Positions 18,376 to 27,214 of a stretch of 64,000 nt of DNA are shown piece after piece; position 1 is the stretch's first letter; every line of letters begins with the position of its first letter. The translations under genes and the position numbers were made by a program. The notes beneath the pieces were generated by a model that worked only from the letters and a program-made list of their open reading frames with translations, had not been told where the DNA came from and did not search any database. This stretch comes from Nitrososphaerota archaeon. GTDB taxonomy: Archaea > Thermoproteota > Nitrososphaeria_A > Caldarchaeales > Calditenuaceae. Location of the stretch: assembly GCA_033581555.1 (NCBI GenBank), contig JAVQSZ010000001.1, positions 96,001-160,000 on the forward strand, in the 5' to 3' direction.

Positions 18376-19850
18376 GCCTCAAGGGCCTCGCAGTGGTCGC
18401 GCTCCTGACGGCCGTCCTCCTCCTCCAGTCAGCCGGTGCAGCGGAGACTGCGGTCCGCGAGGCCCCGACCGTCGTCAAGGCTAGGTTGGCAGTTGACGCA
18501 TCGTGCTCCGGTGTTATGACCTACGTGGTAGACGCGGAGGAGGCCAAGAGGGCTGGGCTCTGGAGGCTCTGGCTCCTCCTGCCCAAGGAGCCACTGAGGT
18601 GGAGCGTGGAGCCGCACGCGGTCCACGAGGTCTCCGATCTACCGGAGGGATCAGAGGGCAGAAGGGTCTACAGCAACGTGACCTTCGACCTCAGCTCAAT
18701 CGAGGGCCTCCTGACGGTCTCCTTCAGGATGGACCACGCGTGCCTCGTGAACGGGGACCGGGGCCTATTACTGACGCCGCTGGTCTCTTACGGACCGCCG
18801 ATCAGGGGCGAGCTAGAGATCACCTTAGAGGGCCTCGTGGAGGGGGTTAGGTCCGTCGAGCCGTGGTCGCCTCACGTAGAGGTCCACAACCGGTCGCTCT
18901 CCGTTCGCCGCGAGCTTCCCCTCACCGTCAACAGGGTCGCGATCGACTTCAGGCCCGTGGAAGAGCCCTTCTACCTCGTCTCTTCAAGGGGGTTCAGCGT
19001 CAAGACCCATCAACGCTACGCGCAGGTCGCCGCAGCGGTCATCGACGCCCTAGCGAACGCCAGCGACTACCTGAAGGCCGTCTTCGGCGAAGACGTCCCG
19101 GATGTGACGGTGGAGTTCTTCCTGCCCCGAGACTACCGGTCCGGCCCCGAGGGCTTCGCCCCCGTCCCGTCGGGCGGCTCGAGGGTTATCGGGCTCAACT
19201 TGATCCTCCTCAGGAGGCCGCAGGGGTACTTGGAGGTGATCGCGGTCCACGAGCTAGTCCACCATTACCTCTTCGAGGTCGGCGTAGGTGCGGGCGCGAC
19301 TTGGTTCCACGAAGGCCTCGCGGTCTACTTCTCCCTCGAGCTGGGGGAGCGGCTGAGGCTGGAGGGCGCGCGGGTGATGAGGGAGCTGATCATGCAAGAG
19401 GCGTCCCGTTCGAGGCAGATCAGGCTGAGCGAGTGGAAGCCCGGTGAGTCCAGAGACAGCGACTGGTACGCGACCGCCTTCGCTCTGATCGAGGGGCTCT
19501 TCAGGCTCGACCCCGCAGGCATGTCTAAGGCCCTCCTCAGCCTGAGAGACGAGAGGAGATGGATATCATCGGGAGAGGCTGCGGCCGAGTACCTCGCGAA
19601 GCACCTCAACGAAGAGGCGTTAGGGCTGCTTAGGGAGGCCGGACTTCTCCCAAAGGTGAGTAGGCACTCAGACGACGGATCGACGGCTTCGGCCACGACG
19701 GTCACTGAGACGCGCGGAGATGCTACAACCGACTCCGACAATCACGACCGAAGCGGGACGATTGCGATTGACGAGGAGCTCCTTCTAATAAGCCTGGCGA
19801 CCGCCGCTATCGTGGTCTCGCTCCTCGCGATCAGGGACGCAAAGTCCTAA
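18372..19850 (+). CDS. Secreted, C-terminally anchored gluzincin (peptidase MA/M1-like) metalloprotease
   Basis: Signal peptide; HELVH plus WFHEGLA third ligand; S/T-rich linker and C-terminal TM. Confidence 0.85.
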   Translation: MSLKGLAVVALLTAVLLLQSAGAAETAVREAPTVVKARLAVDASCSGVMTYVVDAEEAKRAGLWRLWLLLPKEPLRWSVEPHAVHEVSDLPEGSEGRRVYSNVTFDLSSIEGLLTVSFRMDHACLVNGDRGLLLTPLVSYGPPIRGELEITLEGLVEGVRSVEPWSPHVEVHNRSLSVRRELPLTVNRVAIDFRPVEEPFYLVSSRGFSVKTHQRYAQVAAAVIDALANASDYLKAVFGEDVPDVTVEFFLPRDYRSGPEGFAPVPSGGSRVIGLNLILLRRPQGYLEVIAVHELVHHYLFEVGVGAGATWFHEGLAVYFSLELGERLRLEGARVMRELIMQEASRSRQIRLSEWKPGESRDSDWYATAFALIEGLFRLDPAGMSKALLSLRDERRWISSGEAAAEYLAKHLNEEALGLLREAGLLPKVSRHSDDGSTASATTVTETRGDATTDSDNHDRSGTIAIDEELLLISLATAAIVVSLLAIRDAKS

Positions 19851-19875
19851 AACAACCGGTTTGACCAGCGTCGGT

Positions 19876-20700
19876 TCAGCTCGACGAACTCTCCACTTGA
19901 TACCCTAGCTCGAGCAGCCTGTTCACGTACTCGTTCTTGAGCTTGTTGTAGACCTGCTCGTTGATCTTCCCGGTCCTGTAGTTCTCCTCGAGGACCCTGA
20001 GGAAGTTCAGGTACCTGACCACCTCAGCCGGGAGCTGTTGGGGTTGTCCGGTCGGGGGCTCGCCGGCAGGCACGATCATCGGCCTGACCTCGACGGCGGG
20101 TTCGCGCCGCTCAGCGAGATCGGGGGCCTCAGCCTCCCTCCGGGTCGCCTCTTCCGTGACACGCTGAACGCCGATCTCCCATGACGACCGAATGCGGGAC
20201 ACGAGAACGTTCAGTCCCATCTTAGGCTTTGTCAGCAGCAAGTAAACGACGTAGAGCGAGATTGCCCCGCTCCACGCAAGCAGACCCAAGAGGGCCGCCG
20301 TCGCGGCACCCAGGGCAATCAACCCGAACGGGTGCGGGACGACTCCATAGACTACCGAGGGGACTGCAGCGATCACGGCCAGCCTGATCAAGTTGTCCCT
20401 CTTCAGAGGTATGTTCACGAGCCCCCTAGTGGCGAGGAAGAGGGCCACTGCCAGGACGATTACCAACCCGGCAACCCCGGACGCTAACTGAGCGACCGCG
20501 ACGAGGAAGAGAGAGAAGACGAGATAGATGATGAGGACGTCCACTCCCTTAACCATCGAGACGAAAGCCGCCAAAACCCCGATGATGATCAGCGTGAGGA
20601 TCAGACTCAGGACGCCGCCCGTGGCATAAGCGGCTGAGGTCAACAGGGCTATGAACGTCGCAACGAAAATGTCCCGCCTCAGGAATTGCTTGAGTTTCAA
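19876..20700 (-). CDS. Multi-pass membrane protein with C-terminal SHOCT-like motif
   Basis: About 6 TM segments; 'LRVLEENYRTGKINEQVYNKLKNEY'. Confidence 0.65.
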   Translation of the reverse strand: MKLKQFLRRDIFVATFIALLTSAAYATGGVLSLILTLIIIGVLAAFVSMVKGVDVLIIYLVFSLFLVAVAQLASGVAGLVIVLAVALFLATRGLVNIPLKRDNLIRLAVIAAVPSVVYGVVPHPFGLIALGAATAALLGLLAWSGAISLYVVYLLLTKPKMGLNVLVSRIRSSWEIGVQRVTEEATRREAEAPDLAERREPAVEVRPMIVPAGEPPTGQPQQLPAEVVRYLNFLRVLEENYRTGKINEQVYNKLKNEYVNRLLELGYQVESSSS

Positions 20701-20794
20701 AGGTGTTCACAGCGTCGAGCGCGGGGGACCTAATTAAACATTAGGAGAAAACCGGCTAGCAAACTAATAATATGAAGGTTAGGGATATCCAGAT

Positions 20795-23026
20795 GTGAAG
20801 GTGAGGACTTTCTCCCCAATATTCGTGATCGCTTTGGTGGTCTCCAGCTTCGCGGTGATTTGGACGCCGGTGGGGGCTGAACCGTCAAAGGCGCCCATAG
20901 ACCTGCCGATCAAAGCACCGCTGGAGGTCAACGTGATACTCGCGGGGTTCTCAAGTCGGGACCTCGGGGTGACGCCCGCGGAGTTAGAGGGACTACTCTC
21001 GCGCCTCGTCAGGAGCGAGGCCGTCGCCTACGCGGGCTTCTTCATGGAGGATCCCTATGTGGTCGCGCTCTTCGACGTCGAGCTGACGGTGATCGAGGCC
21101 GACGCCAGGCTGAACTCGGAGATACGGGCGCTGTTCGGACGTGTCTCCTATGACCCCGCTGCCTTGCCGATCGACGTGAGGAACAGCTTCGTGAGGTACG
21201 TGTCGTTCGTTAGGGAGTACTATGGAACTACGTTCGCGATCCGGTTGAACGACAGGATGACGGACATCGCAGCGCTCACCCTCGGATTAGTCTCGCTCAC
21301 GAACAGGTTCCTCCCACAGATCACCGACGGATACAACATTTACCTGATTTGCGGACTGCCCTTCACTGGCAATAAGTTTCCCGTATACTTCTCCGCCGGG
21401 CAGACTGTCGAGCGCGGAAACGGCATAGGAGCGGTGGGTATGAACCTGTACGGCGGGATAGGGACATACAGGTACGTCGTCCTCGACATTTGCGCAATCC
21501 CAAACCCATTCGGCAACTTCGCGCCGAAGACGGAAGAGGACGTCGAGAAGTATTTGCCGCCAGCGCTCTACAGGGGCCCGCGAGACCAGATCCAAGCGAT
21601 CGCCATGTACGTCGACGAGATAATAGACAACCTATTCGTTAAGAGTCTCATCTATGTCCCGAGGTATCAGGTGACCTTTCTCTTCGACGTAGTGGTGATA
21701 GACATGACCACGACCGGAGGAGGACTGCAGTTCATAGTCTCAAACTTCATACCTGAGATATTCGAGTCGGCGATGAAGTGGCTGATGCCGTACAACTTCT
21801 ACACGAGCAGGTTTCACTACAGGACTATTGCGGAGGCCGCGGTGATGAGGCAAGCCATCTCCGTCCATAGGGGCATTCAGATAATCGACGTCGAGAGGGC
21901 CTTCACGCTTGCCGAGAGGACGGGGCTGATCCCCCCGGCACCGTCTGGAGTAACGAGGATACCGGTGTTGATCTTCCTCTCCGACGCCGACATCTACCCG
22001 AGCTCGCCTGGAACGATAGGGATAGCGTGGCCCGACCTTAGCGACCCGAGGTACCCGAGGGGTGCAGTCGTGGGGTTGAATTACAGGTTCGTCGAGAGGG
22101 AAGGGCTGACCTTGGTCACGATTCACGAGGCCGCCCACACCCTCGGGCTGGCCCATCCACACGACGACCTCGACGAGACTGATCAAGAGGTCATTCGACC
22201 GGGCAAGTCGAAGCCGCAGGTCAAGACGAGATGGGTCTTCAGCTGGGCAGAGACCGCGATGTCCTACGCAGACGTCCCCCAGGTCGTCAATCAGAGGGTG
22301 ATCTACCCGGGAGCGTATCCGTTGAGGACCTACTTCAGCGCCTTCGACCTCGACGCGATCGACAGGGCGGTCGTGACGCTGCTGCTCGGGTACTACCTGA
22401 ACTACAGGGAGGAAGTCATGAAGAAGCTGAAGGAGTCGGGTCTCCGACTGGAGGACATACCTGAGGCCGAGAAGCTCCTGAGGGAGGCCGACAAAGCGGC
22501 TGTTAACGCGGTCAGCCTGTTCAGGGACCACAACTACTTCGACAGGTTTGGGTTCGCGGGACTCGGAGCCCAACTTGAAACGGCCTTCGACTACGCGTGG
22601 AAGGCCTTGACCGACGTCATCGAGCTCTACGACAATGTGGAGGGCGCGAGGCAAGCGATCGAGTCTACTCGGCCGTTGATTAGGAAGCTCGAGAGCGAAA
22701 TCAGTGATCTGAGGTCGACGGTCGAGAGTCTGAAGGGGAGGCTCGATGCTGCCACCGCCCGTGCCGAACAGTTGCAGAGGTCCCTGAGCCAAGAGGCGCA
22801 GGAGAGGCAGAGGATCCAACAGGAGCTGGAATTAACGAAGAGCGACCTCACCAGGGCGAGGACGGAGCTTGAGCTGACCAAGAACAACCTCTCAGCCGCG
22901 AGGTCCGAGGTCAATACCTACCTCATGCTCGCAGCAGCGGGAATGGTGGCGGCAGCCGGATCGGCCGCTTTCGCGATAGCGAGCAGGCGCGGATCAAGGC
23001 CACGCGTCCTAACCTCGTCCACCTAG
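20795..23026 (+). CDS. Secreted membrane-anchored metzincin metalloprotease with coiled-coil stalk
   Basis: Signal peptide; HEAAHTLGLAH zinc motif; Met-turn TAMSY; long coiled coil; C-terminal TM and basic tail. Confidence 0.85.
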   Translation: MKVRTFSPIFVIALVVSSFAVIWTPVGAEPSKAPIDLPIKAPLEVNVILAGFSSRDLGVTPAELEGLLSRLVRSEAVAYAGFFMEDPYVVALFDVELTVIEADARLNSEIRALFGRVSYDPAALPIDVRNSFVRYVSFVREYYGTTFAIRLNDRMTDIAALTLGLVSLTNRFLPQITDGYNIYLICGLPFTGNKFPVYFSAGQTVERGNGIGAVGMNLYGGIGTYRYVVLDICAIPNPFGNFAPKTEEDVEKYLPPALYRGPRDQIQAIAMYVDEIIDNLFVKSLIYVPRYQVTFLFDVVVIDMTTTGGGLQFIVSNFIPEIFESAMKWLMPYNFYTSRFHYRTIAEAAVMRQAISVHRGIQIIDVERAFTLAERTGLIPPAPSGVTRIPVLIFLSDADIYPSSPGTIGIAWPDLSDPRYPRGAVVGLNYRFVEREGLTLVTIHEAAHTLGLAHPHDDLDETDQEVIRPGKSKPQVKTRWVFSWAETAMSYADVPQVVNQRVIYPGAYPLRTYFSAFDLDAIDRAVVTLLLGYYLNYREEVMKKLKESGLRLEDIPEAEKLLREADKAAVNAVSLFRDHNYFDRFGFAGLGAQLETAFDYAWKALTDVIELYDNVEGARQAIESTRPLIRKLESEISDLRSTVESLKGRLDAATARAEQLQRSLSQEAQERQRIQQELELTKSDLTRARTELELTKNNLSAARSEVNTYLMLAAAGMVAAAGSAAFAIASRRGSRPRVLTSST

Positions 23027-23074
23027 GGATCCTCATGAGAGGATGATTCTACAGGGCGCTCCGTGAGGACCGGG

Positions 23075-23767
23075 ATGGAAGCAGACGACCTCATCTCGAG
23101 GATAGTCGCCTGCAGAAGGTGTCCCAGGCTCGTCCTCTACCGGGAAGAGGTCGCCAAGAACCCGCCCAAACGGTTCAGGGGCTGGACCTACTGGGCAAGG
23201 CCTCTTCCGGGGTTCGGAGACCTCACTGGACGAATCCTGGTGGTCGGGCTCGCACCTGCGGCCCACGGCGGCAACCGGACCGGCAGGATGTTCACCGGCG
23301 ACTCCTCCGCGAACTTCCTGATGTCGGTGCTTCACGAGCTCAAACTAGCCAACAAGCCGACCTCTGAGTCCGCGGACGACGGCCTCGAGCTCCGGGGAGT
23401 CTTCCTGACCGCTCCTGTGCGCTGCGCGCCACCGGAGAACAGGCCGACTAGGGAGGAGGTGGAGAACTGCTACCCGTTTCTGCTCGAAGAGGTGAGGCTG
23501 TTGACCCAGCTGAGGGTCGTCGTGGCCTTAGGCGCGATAGGGTTCCGAGCTTCGGTGAGGCTGCTGAGAGACCTCGGCTTCAGGTCCGACGTCCAGTCGA
23601 AGTTCGGGCACGGCGCGACCTACGCCTTCAGGTCCGAAGACGGACGGGAGGTCTTCCTCCTCGGGTCCTATCACCCTTCGAGGCAGAACACGCAGACGGG
23701 AAGGCTGACCAGGCAGATGCTCCTGAAGGTCTTCAGGAGGGCGAAGGAGCTCGCTGGCTACTCGTAG
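23075..23767 (+). CDS. udgB: Uracil-DNA glycosylase family 5
   Basis: CRRCPRL Fe-S cysteines, GLAPAAHGGNRTGRMFTGD, YHPSRQNT; start taken at ATG 23075. Confidence 0.92.
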   Translation: MEADDLISRIVACRRCPRLVLYREEVAKNPPKRFRGWTYWARPLPGFGDLTGRILVVGLAPAAHGGNRTGRMFTGDSSANFLMSVLHELKLANKPTSESADDGLELRGVFLTAPVRCAPPENRPTREEVENCYPFLLEEVRLLTQLRVVVALGAIGFRASVRLLRDLGFRSDVQSKFGHGATYAFRSEDGREVFLLGSYHPSRQNTQTGRLTRQMLLKVFRRAKELAGYS

Positions 23768-24798
23768 TCGATCGTTACTACCTCGTTCGGGACCCTGACG
23801 AACTTGTTGATGCCGGTCATTGCGATCAAACGGCAGTTGTCGATGACCTCAGTCAGGCTCTTGAGGACCATCCTGTACGAGAGGGCCCTGTTCTGGTCCC
23901 TGACACCTTCGATGACCTTGATCTCGAGCGCGTTGATCTCCTGGATCAGCTTCGGGATGAGCGACATAGAGTCCTCCAGGAGCTTCAGGTCGCCGACGAG
24001 GTAGCCGTTCAGCGCCATTCCGAACGCGGTCGTGATCTCGGTCGCGAGGTGTGAGAGCTCCGCAGCGAGCCCCTTCGGGTCCCTCTCCCTGGTCCCGGCC
24101 CACTTCACCGCCTCCCTCGAGATCTGGAGAGCTTGGTCCGCGATCTCCTCTACGGCCGAGAGGATGACCCTCAGCCCCAGGAGCGCGATCGGGGACTCTA
24201 TGCCCAGAGTCTTGATCAGCGACTTGTCCCTTCCGGCCATCAGGAGCTGCCTGAGGCAAAGGAAGTAGTAACTGTCGATCCTCTGCTCCGCCCTCGCGAC
24301 CTCGGAGGCCCTCTCGGGGAGGTTCTCGGCGAACGCGTCGACCGCGGACTCTAGCATCGAGGCGATGAGGACCTGCATCCTCCTCACCAGCTCCTCGATC
24401 GTGTACTTGCTGGAGTCGATGATCACCCTCAGCTCTAGCTCGAAGTCGTCTTGCCTGATCACTTCTAGGCCCGGGAGCCTGTCGACCTCCGCGATGACCT
24501 CGTCGAACATCCAGGAGTTCGCGCCGCTCACCGACCTCACGGTGATCCTGTCGACGCCCTGCAGGTAGCAAGCGGTTACTATCCTCTGGAGGGAGTCCAC
24601 CGACTGGAGCCTGTCGGCCTCTATCTTGGCCACTAGAGACCTCTCGGGCCTGAGGGCGGTCCTGATCAACACGCCCTCGTCCGAGACCTCGACGTAGACC
24701 TGGTCGCCGGCCTTTAGGCCCTGCTCCGCGACCCACTTCCTCGGCAGCGAGACCACGAGGGTCGTCGAGCCGAGCCTCTGAAGCCTCCTGACCTCCAT
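23758..24798 (-). CDS. phoU: AbrB-PhoU family phosphate uptake regulator
   Basis: N-terminal AbrB 'RRLQRLGSTTLVVSLPRKW', followed by PhoU helical repeats. Confidence 0.88.
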   Translation of the reverse strand: MEVRRLQRLGSTTLVVSLPRKWVAEQGLKAGDQVYVEVSDEGVLIRTALRPERSLVAKIEADRLQSVDSLQRIVTACYLQGVDRITVRSVSGANSWMFDEVIAEVDRLPGLEVIRQDDFELELRVIIDSSKYTIEELVRRMQVLIASMLESAVDAFAENLPERASEVARAEQRIDSYYFLCLRQLLMAGRDKSLIKTLGIESPIALLGLRVILSAVEEIADQALQISREAVKWAGTRERDPKGLAAELSHLATEITTAFGMALNGYLVGDLKLLEDSMSLIPKLIQEINALEIKVIEGVRDQNRALSYRMVLKSLTEVIDNCRLIAMTGINKFVRVPNEVVTIDYE

Positions 24799-24808
24799 GC
24801 CCCTGGGG

Positions 24809-24823
24809 TATATGCGACATATA
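24809..24823. promoter_or_regulatory. Inverted repeat TATATG-CGA-CATATA just upstream of phoU (candidate operator)
   Basis: Perfect 6-bp inverted repeat 11 nt upstream of the phoU start. Confidence 0.3.
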
Positions 24824-24900
24824 TCGGATATTAGGGTGTTTGCGCCAACGTCAAGGCCGCTCCAGGGGGAACCCCTCGACCGGGCCTGCCCGGTGATGCA

Positions 24901-25842
24901 TCAGTACATCTCCCTCAGCTGCTCGGCGGGCAGGAACTCCTCCTCGAGCCTCCGGTACCTCTCGATTCCCACCAGGGAGTGGTGGTCCGCGGTCGGGAGA
25001 CCCTTCTCCTGAAGCTCCAGCTCCCACTGGGCCTCCTCCTGACGCTCGGCGAGGGCCTTCGCGAACTTGTAGACCGCCATCATCTCTGCGTGGAGGGCGC
25101 CCATGCTCACCACGATCAGCTTGTAGCCCCTCGAGGCGACCTCGGAGAACCTCAGCGGCCGCTTCGACTCGGTCCACTTGAAGCTCGAGGAGTAGTTGAA
25201 GACTAAGGGGACGTCCGGGTACTCCCTCTTGACGCGCTCGGCGAACTCCCAGGCCAGCTCGTCGTCGGGCCTCCTGAACTCCGCCCAGAGGGCGTCGGCC
25301 CCCGCGTCCCTGAACGCGACAGCCCTTTTGACCGCCTCCTCGAGCGTCCCGCCCTTCGTTCCCAGCACGTCGGTCCTCGCGATCAGGAAGAAGTCCGGGT
25401 CGACCGCGTCCCTCCTCCTCGCGAGGGATTTCACCTTCAGCACGGCCTCCTCGAACCCGATCACCCTCTTCCCCGCCAGGTGGCCGCACCGCTTCGGGAA
25501 CCTCTGGTCCTCGACGTGAATGGCCGCGACTCCTGCAGCGACGAACTCCTCAACGGTCCTCGTCGCGGTCACGGCGTTACCGTAGCCGTCGTCCGCGTCT
25601 GAAATCACGGGGATGCTCACCGCCCTCGCTACCCGGCCCGCGAACTCGACCATCTCGGGGAGCGTGAGGAACCCGATGTCCGGTCTCACCAGGTACCCAA
25701 TCGAGCAAGAGTACCCGCTGACGTAGACCGCCTTCAGCCCCACCATCTCGACGAGCTTCGCCTGGATCGGCGTGTAGACTCCGGTCGTCCAGACGTAGTC
25801 CTCCTGCCTGAGGAGCCTCCTCAGCTCCCTGCTCCTGTCCAC
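24901..25842 (-). CDS. aceA: Isocitrate lyase (haloarchaeal-type) / ICL-PEP mutase family
   Basis: DADDGYG, HVEDQ, KRCGH, ARTD, FNYSSSFKW and C-terminal HH motif. Confidence 0.75.
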   Translation of the reverse strand: MDRSRELRRLLRQEDYVWTTGVYTPIQAKLVEMVGLKAVYVSGYSCSIGYLVRPDIGFLTLPEMVEFAGRVARAVSIPVISDADDGYGNAVTATRTVEEFVAAGVAAIHVEDQRFPKRCGHLAGKRVIGFEEAVLKVKSLARRRDAVDPDFFLIARTDVLGTKGGTLEEAVKRAVAFRDAGADALWAEFRRPDDELAWEFAERVKREYPDVPLVFNYSSSFKWTESKRPLRFSEVASRGYKLIVVSMGALHAEMMAVYKFAKALAERQEEAQWELELQEKGLPTADHHSLVGIERYRRLEEEFLPAEQLREMY

Positions 25843-25972
25843 GTGGGGACTCAGGCTCGTCCGGATAAAGAGTTCGACCCGACCGGGTCCAATGGGACGC
25901 CCACGAAGGTCGGCCGTACCCCGTTACGTAGCACAACAATTATTATCACGCTTAACTGTAAAATAAATCGAG

Positions 25973-27151
25973 TTGGGTAGGAGGGTCGCGGTAGTAGGCA
26001 TCGGTATAACGCGGTTCGGCAGGAGGTCCGACGCGTCGCTCAGCGAGCTGGCCTTCGAGGCCGGCAGGGAGGCAATTAGGGACGCGGGGATAGAGCCGAA
26101 GGACGTGAGGTTCCTCTCGGTGGGGAACGTGGGCGCGTGGAGCGCCGAGCCCCTTCCGGCGGTTCTGGTCGCGGAGTACCTCGGGCTGGACAACCCAGGG
26201 TCGATGAGGGTAGAGGCGGCCTGCGCTTCGGGGAGCGCGGCGATCAAGGTCGCCTACGACGCGGTCGCCTCCGGATCGGTCGACGTCGCGATGGCCTTAG
26301 GCGTCGAGAGGATGAACGAGTCACCGACGCCGAACGTCGTCGAGCTGATAGGCCGCGCGGGGAACTACTTCTGGGAGTTCGAGAACTTCGGGCTGACCTT
26401 CCCGGGATACTACGCGATCTACGCCACCGCGTACATGGACAAGTACGGCGCGAGGGAGGAGGACATCGCTGAGGTCGCCGTGAAGAACCACTACTACGGC
26501 TCGATGAACCCTTATGCGCAGTTCCAGAGGCCGGTGAAGCTCGAAGAGGTGATGTCATCGCGGTACATCGCGTGGCCCCTGAAGCTCCTCGAGTGCTCCC
26601 CGATCACCGACGGGGCTGCAGCGGCCGTCCTGGCCTCGGAGGAGGTCGCGAGGAAGCTTACCGACTCGCCGGTCTGGATCAGGGGGATGGGCTACGCGAC
26701 GGGGACCTCAAACCTCTCGAAGAGGCAGGACTTCCTGGGGCTCGAGCCCGCGGCGAGGGCAGCCAGGCAGGCATACGCGGAGGCCGGAATAGACCCCGAG
26801 AGGCCCTACAAGCAGATAGACGTCGCGACCGTCCACGACTGCTTCTCGATCGCGGAGATCCTGGCTTACGAGGACCTCGGCTTCGCGAGGAGGGGAGAGG
26901 GCTACATGCTGCTGAAGGAGCACCAGACCTACATCGGCGGCTTGGTGCCTGTCAACCTCGACGGAGGCCTGAAGGCTAAGGGTCACCCGATCGGCGCGAC
27001 GGGCGTCGGGATGGCGGTCGAGGCGGTCAAGCAGCTCCGGAGGAAGGCCGAGCCCGGAAGGCAGGCGGACATAAGGAACGGCGTCGCGCTCACCCACAAC
27101 GTCGGCGGGACCGGTCATTACGCCTACGTGACCGTCTACTCGATCGACTGA
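25973..27151 (+). CDS. SCP2-type thiolase (acetyl-CoA acyltransferase)
   Basis: EAACASG, HDCF, GHPIGATG, HNVGG. Confidence 0.92.
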   Translation: MGRRVAVVGIGITRFGRRSDASLSELAFEAGREAIRDAGIEPKDVRFLSVGNVGAWSAEPLPAVLVAEYLGLDNPGSMRVEAACASGSAAIKVAYDAVASGSVDVAMALGVERMNESPTPNVVELIGRAGNYFWEFENFGLTFPGYYAIYATAYMDKYGAREEDIAEVAVKNHYYGSMNPYAQFQRPVKLEEVMSSRYIAWPLKLLECSPITDGAAAAVLASEEVARKLTDSPVWIRGMGYATGTSNLSKRQDFLGLEPAARAARQAYAEAGIDPERPYKQIDVATVHDCFSIAEILAYEDLGFARRGEGYMLLKEHQTYIGGLVPVNLDGGLKAKGHPIGATGVGMAVEAVKQLRRKAEPGRQADIRNGVALTHNVGGTGHYAYVTVYSID

Positions 27152-27184
27152 CCTCCCGGAACTCCCCGGACCTCGACCGGTAGA

Positions 27185-27192
27185 TTTATAAT
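27185..27192 (+). promoter_or_regulatory. TATA box of a probably leaderless transcript
   Basis: TTTATAAT about 25-30 nt upstream of ATG 27215 in a GC-rich background. Confidence 0.5.
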
Positions 27193-27214
27193 TCGTCCAC
27201 TCGGTCCGCGCAGG

